From the NCBI GenBank assembly GCA_944376795.1, contig CALWDW010000006.1, positions 2,632-66,631 on the forward strand: a DNA stretch of 64,000 bases, written 5' to 3'. A model generated the notes under the pieces. That model searched no databases. It was given only the letters and a program-made list of their open reading frames with translations, and was not told the DNA's origin. The stretch's first letter is position 1. Each line of letters starts with the position of its first letter. Source of the stretch: an uncultured Christensenellaceae bacterium (lineage in GTDB: Bacteria > Bacillota > Clostridia > Christensenellales > UMGS416). Shown piece by piece: positions 56,344 through 64,000 of this stretch. The position numbers and the translations under genes are program-made.

Positions 56344-56583
56344 AGCTATTCCTCCCAAAGACGTAAGATACAGCTGTCTAGCTTTGTTCCCATTATAGGG
56401 GATTCAAAAAGGGGTTGCAACGGGGACTTTGCCAAAGATTCCCTGCACATTTGGGAATTCTACCAAATTCTCCGCAACCACAGGCTTACCCCATCTCGTT
56501 GCGCGTCCAAAACACAAGAACCCTGCATCCATGGAAACGAACCGCCGCTCATTCCACAGTGCAGGGCGCAAGCTATATGGCCA

Positions 56584-57228
56584 TTAGACGCCGTCCCTCT
56601 CGGCCAGCATAGATTTAACCTTCATCAGCCGGGTAAGGCTGGAACGTTCATTTTCATCCAGCTTCATAGTAATGTAGCGGATGGTATCTTGGAGATCCGG
56701 GATCATCACGTATTCCAGTGCGTTGACGCGGCGCCGAGTTTTCTCGATCTCGTCCGCCAGCATATTGGCGGTCTTTTCCACCTCCGCCAGCTGCACCAGC
56801 TTCGCCAGCACCCGGTCCAAGGCCGCAATGGCCTCGTCCAGGTCTCCCGAAGTTCCCAACAAGCCGTAAGGATAGCTGGAAGTATCGTCATGATGCTCCT
56901 CCACCATTTCCAGTTCGGGAACATTGACGCTCATCACATTCCGTCGGTGTACCTCGATGCCGATTTGCCGCGTCGGCATCAGGATTGCCGTCTCCAGCGC
57001 CGCCGTGTCCATAGAGGCCCTGGCCATGACAAAGTCCGCCAAAGCGGATTCCAGTTCAGCTTCTACTTCGATACGGAGCTGGCGGTTCTGGCGAACCACC
57101 TCCACAAAGCGGCGCATCATCTCGTCCCGCTTATCCTTGAGCAGCTTGTGTCCCTGGGTCGCTGTCTTGAGCCTTTTCTTGAGACTAGACAGTTCGATCC
57201 GGGTGGGATTGACGCGCATCACCGCCAT
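56584..57228 (-). CDS. ntpD: V-type ATP synthase subunit D
   Basis: MAVMRVNPTRIELSSLKKRLKTATQGHKLLKDKRDE is the canonical V/A-ATPase D N-terminus. Confidence 0.92.
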   Translation of the reverse strand: MAVMRVNPTRIELSSLKKRLKTATQGHKLLKDKRDEMMRRFVEVVRQNRQLRIEVEAELESALADFVMARASMDTAALETAILMPTRQIGIEVHRRNVMSVNVPELEMVEEHHDDTSSYPYGLLGTSGDLDEAIAALDRVLAKLVQLAEVEKTANMLADEIEKTRRRVNALEYVMIPDLQDTIRYITMKLDENERSSLTRLMKVKSMLAERDGV

Positions 57229-57231
57229 GGT

Positions 57232-58617
57232 CTACGCCTCCTCCCCGCTGGTGGGCAGATACCGATCCAGGTACTCGTCCCGGATCCGCTTCAGCTCGCT
57301 GCGCGGCAGGATGCTCAGCAGCTTCCAGCCCAGCTCCAGGGTCTCTTCGATGGTGCGGTTTGTTTGGTATCCCTGGGATACATACTCCGCCTCAAAGGCG
57401 TCAGAGAACTTGGCGTAGAGCTTATCCGTGTCCGAGAGCGCGGCGTCGCCCAGTATAACGGCCAGTTCCTTGGCGCTTTTTCCCCTGGAATATGCGGCAA
57501 AGAGCTGATTCATGGTGTCAGCGTGATCTTCTCGGGTTTTCCCCCGGCCAATACCCTTGTCCTTCAAGCGGGACAGGCTGGGAAGGACATCAATGGGCGG
57601 AGTTATGCCCCGCTGATACAGGGTGCGGGAGAGGATGATCTGGCCCTCGGTAATATAGCCCGTCAGATCGGGAATGGGATGGGTCTTATCGTCCTCGGGC
57701 ATGGAGAGGATGGGGATTTGGGTAATAGAGCCCTCCTTCCCCTTAATCCGTCCAGCGCGCTCGTACATGGTTGCCAGGTCGGTATACAGATATCCCGGAT
57801 AACCGCGGCGTCCCGGTACCTCTTTCCGCGCCGCCGAAACCTCGCGCAGCGCCTCTGCGTAGTTGGTAATATCAGTCATAATTACCAACACGTGCATTCC
57901 TAGCTCATAGGCCAAGTATTCCGCCGCGGTCAATGCCATGCGGGGCGTAGAAATGCGCTCGATGGCCGGGTCATTGGCCAGATTCATAAACATGACCGCC
58001 CGGTCGATGGCTCCGGTCCGGCGGAAGTCGGAGATAAAGAAGTCCGCCTCCTCAAAGGTGATGCCGATGGCGGCAAAAACCACGGCAAACTTGGAATCGG
58101 TTCCCAAAACCTTGGCCTGGCGGGCAATCTGCGCCGCCAGCTGGGCATGCGGCAAACCTGAGCCAGAAAAAACCGGCAGCTTTTGCCCACGCACCAGCGT
58201 GTTAAGCCCGTCAATGGCAGAGATGCCCGTCTGTATAAACTCACTGGGATAGTCGCGGGCAGCGGGATTCAGCGGCGTACCGTTGATATCCATCCACTTC
58301 TCAGGAATGATGGCCGGGCCGTCATCCTTGGGGCGACCCATGCCGTCGAAGACCCTTCCCAGGATATCCGGCGACACCGCTAGCTCAATGGAATGGCCCA
58401 GGAATCGCACCTTGGAGTCGGAAATCTTCAATCCCTGGCTGCTCTCAAAGAGCTGCACCAAGGCCTTGTCCCCATTGATCTCCAGTACCTTTCCGGCGCG
58501 GATCTCGCCATCGGCCTGCTCGATCTCCACCAGCTCATTGTACTTGACGCCCTGTACCTGATCCACCAGCATCAGGGGGCCGACGACCTCCCGGATGGTG
58601 CGGTATTCTTTCATCAT
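57232..58617 (-). CDS. ntpB: V-type ATP synthase subunit B
   Basis: [15 protein letters not shown], a degenerate P-loop region and [14 protein letters not shown]. The start overlaps the subunit A stop (ATGA). Confidence 0.95.
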   Translation of the reverse strand: MMKEYRTIREVVGPLMLVDQVQGVKYNELVEIEQADGEIRAGKVLEINGDKALVQLFESSQGLKISDSKVRFLGHSIELAVSPDILGRVFDGMGRPKDDGPAIIPEKWMDINGTPLNPAARDYPSEFIQTGISAIDGLNTLVRGQKLPVFSGSGLPHAQLAAQIARQAKVLGTDSKFAVVFAAIGITFEEADFFISDFRRTGAIDRAVMFMNLANDPAIERISTPRMALTAAEYLAYELGMHVLVIMTDITNYAEALREVSAARKEVPGRRGYPGYLYTDLATMYERAGRIKGKEGSITQIPILSMPEDDKTHPIPDLTGYITEGQIILSRTLYQRGITPPIDVLPSLSRLKDKGIGRGKTREDHADTMNQLFAAYSRGKSAKELAVILGDAALSDTDKLYAKFSDAFEAEYVSQGYQTNRTIEETLELGWKLLSILPRSELKRIRDEYLDRYLPTSGEEA

Positions 58618-60380
58618 AGCAGGTCACCTCCCTGGGCGATAAGCCCGGATATTTCATCCCGCAGCTGCCGGTCCAGCGCGTCAAAAGCTGTCTGAACCTC
58701 TTCCTCAGGGATGTACTTGCTGCGCCCAATCCCTTCCCGCACGGGGAGGCTCTCCAGCTTGCTGAACTCCACCCCCTGCTCCAGCGCGGACAGAGAGAGC
58801 TTATAGTAATCCATAATCAGCCGGAGCATCCGATACTGTTTGGTCAACGATGCGTAGGTATCCACCTCATGGAAAGCGTTCTGATGCAGATAATCCTCCC
58901 GGATGGAGCGCGCCGCCTCCAGGGTAAGACGGTCGCTGAAGGGCAATGCATCCGAGCCCACCAGCCGCACCACTTCCAGCAAGGAGGACTCCTCCTGCAG
59001 CACCCGCAGGGCGTCGCGGCACAGGGCGTTCCAATCGGGGGCTACGTGCTCGCCATACCAGTCGCCCAGCTGATCCAAGTAGAGCGAGTAACTCTGCAGC
59101 CAGTCAATGGCAGGGAAATGACGCTGATAAGCCAGCTGCGCGGAAAGTCCCCAGAAAACTTTGACGATCCGCAGTGTGCTCTGGGTGACCGGCTCTGAAT
59201 TATCACCGCCCTGAGGGGATACGGCGCTGATGGCGGTAATAGCGCCAATGCGTCCGCTGCCCAAGGTCTCCACGATACCGGAACGCTCATAGTACTCCGC
59301 CAGGCGGCTGGCCAGGTATGCAGGATAGCCCTCTTCGCCGGGCATCTCCTCCAGGCGTCCGCTCATCTCCCGGAGTGCTTCCGCCCAGCGGGACGTGGAA
59401 TCCGCCATGATAGCCACCTTATACCCCATATCACGGAAATACTCGGCAATGGTGATCCCCGTATAAATCGACGCCTCCCGAGCGGCCACAGGCATATCCG
59501 AGGTATTGGCAATGAGAACGGTGCGTTTCATCAGGGGCTGTCCGGAGTGGGGATCCTTCAGCTCCGGGAATTCCATCAGCACGTCGGTCATTTCGTTTCC
59601 GCGTTCCCCACAGCCTACGTAGACAATGATGTCCGCATCCGCCCACTTGGCCAGCTGGTGCTGCACCACGGTCTTGCCCGAACCGAAGGGGCCCGGCACG
59701 GCCGCCGCGCCGCCCTTAGCCACCGGGAAAAAGGTGTCAATCACCCGCTGCCCAGTCACCAACGGCTCGCTGGGAGAGAGCTTGCGTTTATAGGGACGCC
59801 CCCGCCGCACCGGCCACCGCTGCAGCATGGGCAGTTCCACCGTTCCCTTAGCGGTCTTGAGCCGGGCAATGGGCTCCACAATGGTGGCTTCCCCACTGTA
59901 AATCCATTCCAGCGTACCCTCCATGGTAGGCGGCACCATAATGCGGTGCTCCACCACCGGCGTCTCCTGGACGGTCCCCAGCACGCACCCTCCCGTCAGG
60001 TAGTCCCCCACCTTTGCCACGGGCCGGAATTCCCACTTTTTCTCGTGATCCAAGGGATCCACCTCAATGCCGCGGGTAATCCGGTCCCCTACCTTTTCAC
60101 GAACCACGTTTAGTGGGCGCTGAATGCCGTCATAAATATTCTCAATCAGGCCGGGGGCCAATTCCACCGAGAGGGCGGCGCCTGTGCTCTCCACAGGCTC
60201 CCCCGGTCCCAGGCCGCTGGTCTCTTCATAAACCTGGATGGACGCGCGGTCGCCGCGGAGCTCGATGATCTCGCCGATCAGACGCTCCCGGGAGACGCGC
60301 ACCACATCGTATACCTTTACATCGGACATGCCCTCGGCCACAATCAACGGGCCGGACACCTTGACGATGCTTCCAGACAT
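58614..60380 (-). CDS. ntpA: V-type ATP synthase catalytic subunit A
   Basis: [16 protein letters not shown], Walker A GPFGSGKT and [10 protein letters not shown]. The start is chosen at ATG 60380, after GAGGGTGA, rather than at GTG 60392. Confidence 0.95.
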   Translation of the reverse strand: MSGSIVKVSGPLIVAEGMSDVKVYDVVRVSRERLIGEIIELRGDRASIQVYEETSGLGPGEPVESTGAALSVELAPGLIENIYDGIQRPLNVVREKVGDRITRGIEVDPLDHEKKWEFRPVAKVGDYLTGGCVLGTVQETPVVEHRIMVPPTMEGTLEWIYSGEATIVEPIARLKTAKGTVELPMLQRWPVRRGRPYKRKLSPSEPLVTGQRVIDTFFPVAKGGAAAVPGPFGSGKTVVQHQLAKWADADIIVYVGCGERGNEMTDVLMEFPELKDPHSGQPLMKRTVLIANTSDMPVAAREASIYTGITIAEYFRDMGYKVAIMADSTSRWAEALREMSGRLEEMPGEEGYPAYLASRLAEYYERSGIVETLGSGRIGAITAISAVSPQGGDNSEPVTQSTLRIVKVFWGLSAQLAYQRHFPAIDWLQSYSLYLDQLGDWYGEHVAPDWNALCRDALRVLQEESSLLEVVRLVGSDALPFSDRLTLEAARSIREDYLHQNAFHEVDTYASLTKQYRMLRLIMDYYKLSLSALEQGVEFSKLESLPVREGIGRSKYIPEEEVQTAFDALDRQLRDEISGLIAQGGDLL

Positions 60381-60384
60381 CGCG

Positions 60385-60711
60385 CTACTCACCCTCTTCG
60401 TTCACAAAAATATTGACACCGACGGCCTTTTCCACATTTTGGGAGAGGTTTGCCATGGCAAAGCCTCGGCTCCCCTCGTTTCCAGGGATGGGAATGATGG
60501 CCGGAAGCATACTGGACTTATACCGCTCCAGCGTCTCAGGAATCTGCTCCGCCAGAGCCTCGGTCACAAAGATGACCGCCGTTCCCTCCCGGGCCAGCCG
60601 GTGAATGGCAAACCCGGCCTTTTCTGCGTCATAGGCGTACTCCACCGTCAAGCCCAGGGCCTTGAAGCCCATGACCGAATCCTTGTCTCCCACGACCGCC
60701 ATCTTATACAT
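60385..60711 (-). CDS. ntpF: V-type ATP synthase subunit F
   Basis: [20 protein letters not shown] is typical of subunit F. The exact start codon is uncertain; candidates are 60720, 60711 and 60702. Confidence 0.85.
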   Translation of the reverse strand: MYKMAVVGDKDSVMGFKALGLTVEYAYDAEKAGFAIHRLAREGTAVIFVTEALAEQIPETLERYKSSMLPAIIPIPGNEGSRGFAMANLSQNVEKAVGVNIFVNEEGE

Positions 60712-61702
60712 AATTCTCACGCACCCTTTCCCGGAGCTTATCGCCAGGGAGGCGGTTGAGTTTACCCACCATCACCAGCCGTACGGCCCGTGCCTCCCCC
60801 TCCTTGGCCAAGAACCAGCCAATCAGGGGCTGGATGCTGAACAGGTCTCCACGGACCCTCTTCACACGCTGGACAAGCTGGTTGTCCATCCACTTTTCGA
60901 AGGCCCACGTTGTGCCGCTGTGGAGGCACTGCTCTACCGCGGCGGCCATCTCCCGTCCGTAGCCCGCAGTCTGCAGCCGCATGGAAACGGTTTCCGGCGG
61001 CGAAGCGTACAGTTCCAGCAAAAGCTGGCGGGAAATGCGGCCCCCGTCCACCAAGGTGCGCCGGTAAGCCTCCGCCTCTGCACCCATGCCGCGCATCCGC
61101 AGAAGGGCCAGAACGTTGTACAGATCCAGCTGGGTCAGGAAATAATCCTGCACAAAGGCGTTCCTACAGGCCTTCGCTTCCCGACCCACCCAACGCATAT
61201 AGGCACGATCAAGGATTCTATCCACTTGGGCAGGATCCTTTCCCAACACCAAGTAATCCTGCACCTGGCGGATCGCATTGGCCAGATGCTCCGGGATATC
61301 CGTTCCCGCGGCATCCTGGACCGCCGCCGCCAAACGGTCGGCGGGGAGAATGCCCATGGGGCTTATGGCCGCACTCTCCTGTATGCCGCTCAGCTGCATC
61401 TTAAAGAGCGCCTTGGCGTTCTGGTAATCATACCGCATGAGGAACAGATCGGTAATCTCTGGGGCAGGGGTAATAGACTGCACCAATTCCCTGGCATACT
61501 GCAGCTCGGCATCAATCATGGCCTCGTAGTCACGAGGCGACTGGGCGCCGGCCTGGCTCCCGTACCCGGTATCCAGCAGTACCCGGAAGGCTTCCTGGGC
61601 ATCGGATGCCTCCAGCATCCGTTCCAGGCGTTCGTTAGAAATCAGCCTTCCTTCCAGCGCCTTGATGCAGCCTGTCGCAAACAGGGCACTTGCCTGGGGC
61701 AA
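60704..61702 (-). CDS. ntpC: V-type ATP synthase subunit C (V0 d-like)
   Basis: 332 aa. The call rests on position in the operon and on the alpha-helical repeat pattern (LEGRLISNERLERMLEA...). Confidence 0.85.
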   Translation of the reverse strand: MPQASALFATGCIKALEGRLISNERLERMLEASDAQEAFRVLLDTGYGSQAGAQSPRDYEAMIDAELQYARELVQSITPAPEITDLFLMRYDYQNAKALFKMQLSGIQESAAISPMGILPADRLAAAVQDAAGTDIPEHLANAIRQVQDYLVLGKDPAQVDRILDRAYMRWVGREAKACRNAFVQDYFLTQLDLYNVLALLRMRGMGAEAEAYRRTLVDGGRISRQLLLELYASPPETVSMRLQTAGYGREMAAAVEQCLHSGTTWAFEKWMDNQLVQRVKRVRGDLFSIQPLIGWFLAKEGEARAVRLVMVGKLNRLPGDKLRERVRENYV

Positions 61703-61716
61703 ATCAATCCCTCCCC

Positions 61717-62316
61717 TCAGCTTTCAAAGAGTATGGCGGCCGCCTCGCGCTCCAGCTGGGTGCGCTGCTGGCGGATCAGCATCTCAAAGGATGCGTTGGT
61801 GGAGACCCCGGCGTCCACAAGCAGGAAGCCTCCGCGGATATCCGCACGCTCGGAAGCAAGCCGCAGCTCCCCAACCTGCCCGGCGGCTTTCCTCTGGGCA
61901 TTGACGTGGTCAATCACCGCTTGGTCCATGACCTTCTCTTCCCGTCCGATTACGACCTCTTCGCGCCCAGAATCCACGGCCTCCGCCAGCATCCGCGTCA
62001 AGACCTCGGTCATGCGTGGCGCGGGCATGGCGCACATGGCGTCCAAAACCTGGTCAAACACCTGGTCCATCAGTTCCTGCTTCATTGCCAGGTTGGCCCG
62101 GCGACGATCCAGGCCCGCCATCACCAGGCCGCGCCGCGTATTCTCCTCACCCTGGCGCTTTGCAGCATCCAGGATCTGTGCCACCTGCCGGTCGATTTCG
62201 TCTTGGGTTTGGGTTTCGATATCCTTCACCCGGGCCTGGGCAGCCTCCCAGGCATCCTGCGCGTCTTTGCGCGCGCCTTCCAGGATGGTATGGCAAATGC
62301 TTTCAATTCCCTGCAC
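61717..62316 (-). CDS. ntpE: V-type ATP synthase subunit E
   Basis: 199 aa. The N-terminal half is a charged coiled coil (ILEGARKDAQDAWEAAQARVKDIE). The operon position fits. Confidence 0.85.
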   Translation of the reverse strand: MQGIESICHTILEGARKDAQDAWEAAQARVKDIETQTQDEIDRQVAQILDAAKRQGEENTRRGLVMAGLDRRRANLAMKQELMDQVFDQVLDAMCAMPAPRMTEVLTRMLAEAVDSGREEVVIGREEKVMDQAVIDHVNAQRKAAGQVGELRLASERADIRGGFLLVDAGVSTNASFEMLIRQQRTQLEREAAAILFES

Positions 62317-62351
62317 GGTCTACTCCCCTCCCTTTTGGTTGCCGGTTCGCA

Positions 62352-62858
<507 letters not shown>

Positions 62859-64000
62859 TTACTTGACCACGTCGTGGTACTTGGCTTTGTATCCGAAGGG
62901 GCTGAACATGCGTCCGCCGCCCTCAAAGAACTTCCCAAAGAACTCGATGAACTGGAGCCGGCTGGCGTGCACATAGGCGCCCAAGGCATTGACGGCGACA
63001 TTAAAGATATGCATGGCCACAAAGACGATGGCCGCCAACGGCCACATAAACCAGGACCCCATCAGCATCTTGACAATTTCATTGGCCACCATGGCTACCA
63101 CGGCGGTGGCCAGACCCATGGCAAACAGCCGGGCATAGCTCAGGATATCGGACAGATAGCTGGTCACGCCGTACAGGGCGCCCAGTCCGCTTCCCAGACG
63201 CATGATAGGATTGCGCTTGCCGCGTCCGCTCATCAGCACCAGCGTCGCCACACCCGCCAGCACCATCACCAGGGCCACCGTCTGCAGCGCCGATACGCCC
63301 ATCAGCATGCCGATCGCCAGGAAGGGCACGGCCGCCAGGATCAGGATCCACGGCAGAGTATCAAAGACTGCGCTCTGCCAATCCTTCTCCATGAAGCTCA
63401 CCCGCATCTTCATAACGAGGCCCACAAGGATGTGGAGCAGCCCCAGCCCAAAACACAGCGCCAGGGTTTCCAGGGGCTGGTTCAACGGGCTGACCAACAA
63501 CGGCCGAATCCACTCCATGCCGAAGTAGCTTCCATACATGATGCCCCAGAACACAGTGGCCACACCGCCGTAGGCAATGACTTTCACCAAGCCGCCGCTG
63601 CCGCGTGGCTTGGTCCGCCACAGGAAGAAGGCCGCGCCAATAGCCAGCAGTAGGCCGTACATGGCGTCCGAAACCATCATGCCAAAGAAGAGAACGTAAA
63701 AGGGCGCCATCACCGTATTGGGATCAATTCCCTTATACTTGGGAGTGGCGAACATCTCGGTAATCCCTTCAAAGGGCGCCACCATTTTGGGATTCTCCAG
63801 GTGCGTGGGAGGATCATCTCCCTTCACCGGATCCTCTGCAATCAGCTCCAGCGCCTCAAACGAGCCAGTGAGCAGGGTCTGCATTTCCTCCACCTGCAAG
63901 GCAGGCACCCAGCCGCGGATGCAGAAGGTCTCCCGCGTGTGCCCGGCCCGCGCCCCCTGACGGCGGCGCTGGGCCAGTACGGTCAGCACGTCGTACAGGC
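62859..64000 (-). CDS. ntpI: V-type ATP synthase subunit I (a-subunit), 5' end beyond the window
   Basis: The C-terminal polytopic domain ends with SYARLFAMGLA..HIFN..LGAYVHASRLQFIEFF. The reading frame stays open to the window edge. Confidence 0.9.
   Translation of the reverse strand, partial: LYDVLTVLAQRRRQGARAGHTRETFCIRGWVPALQVEEMQTLLTGSFEALELIAEDPVKGDDPPTHLENPKMVAPFEGITEMFATPKYKGIDPNTVMAPFYVLFFGMMVSDAMYGLLLAIGAAFFLWRTKPRGSGGLVKVIAYGGVATVFWGIMYGSYFGMEWIRPLLVSPLNQPLETLALCFGLGLLHILVGLVMKMRVSFMEKDWQSAVFDTLPWILILAAVPFLAIGMLMGVSALQTVALVMVLAGVATLVLMSGRGKRNPIMRLGSGLGALYGVTSYLSDILSYARLFAMGLATAVVAMVANEIVKMLMGSWFMWPLAAIVFVAMHIFNVAVNALGAYVHASRLQFIEFFGKFFEGGGRMFSPFGYKAKYHDVVK

Overview
This 64-kb window looks like chromosomal DNA from a high-GC, spore-forming Firmicute. 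That reading rests on spmA/spmB, AGGAGG-type ribosome-binding sites and a V-type ATPase operon; a Clostridia or Oscillospiraceae-like origin is inference only. All product calls come from motifs read by eye in the supplied translations. No database search was run.

- **Ordinary regions (about 0-27 kb and 50.5-64 kb).** These carry housekeeping and metabolic genes:
  - metG-tatD and a ttcA-like gene.
  - copA-csoR with a clear promoter and CsoR-type operator.
  - An aldehyde dehydrogenase next to a heavily decayed Fe-alcohol dehydrogenase pseudogene.
  - A sulfatase and a heparinase II/III-like protein.
  - An NCS2 purine permease and a PRPP-synthetase-like gene.
  - An eight-gene V-ATPase operon (I-K-E-C-F-A-B-D), cut at the window end.
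  - Four solitary tRNA genes: Ala-CGC, Pro-GGG, Arg-ACG and Arg-CCG.
- **Accessory region (about 27.9-50.5 kb).** It contains:
  - A 3' remnant of a glycoside hydrolase.
  - A small serine recombinase.
  - A complete sortase-dependent pilus operon: coiled-coil protein, signal peptidase I, a 1698-aa LPETG tip adhesin, an LPETG major pilin, a class C sortase, an LPQTG CnaB minor pilin and a second sortase.
  - A decayed three-ORF cassette.
  - Five consecutive lipoprotein genes, including two orphan paralogous substrate-binding proteins and a WG-repeat protein.
  - A polytopic-membrane LuxR-type regulator coupled to a frameshifted XRE gene.
  - An AT-rich non-coding tract next to tRNA-Arg.

The most interesting signal is an AT-rich segment of about 160 bp at 29064-29226. 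It is bracketed by 11-bp perfect inverted repeats (16/19 when extended), and the left repeat overlaps the recombinase stop codon. The segment carries two opposed sigma-70-like promoters directly upstream of the pilus operon. I interpret it as a candidate invertible, phase-variable promoter switch. This is unproven from a single sequence.
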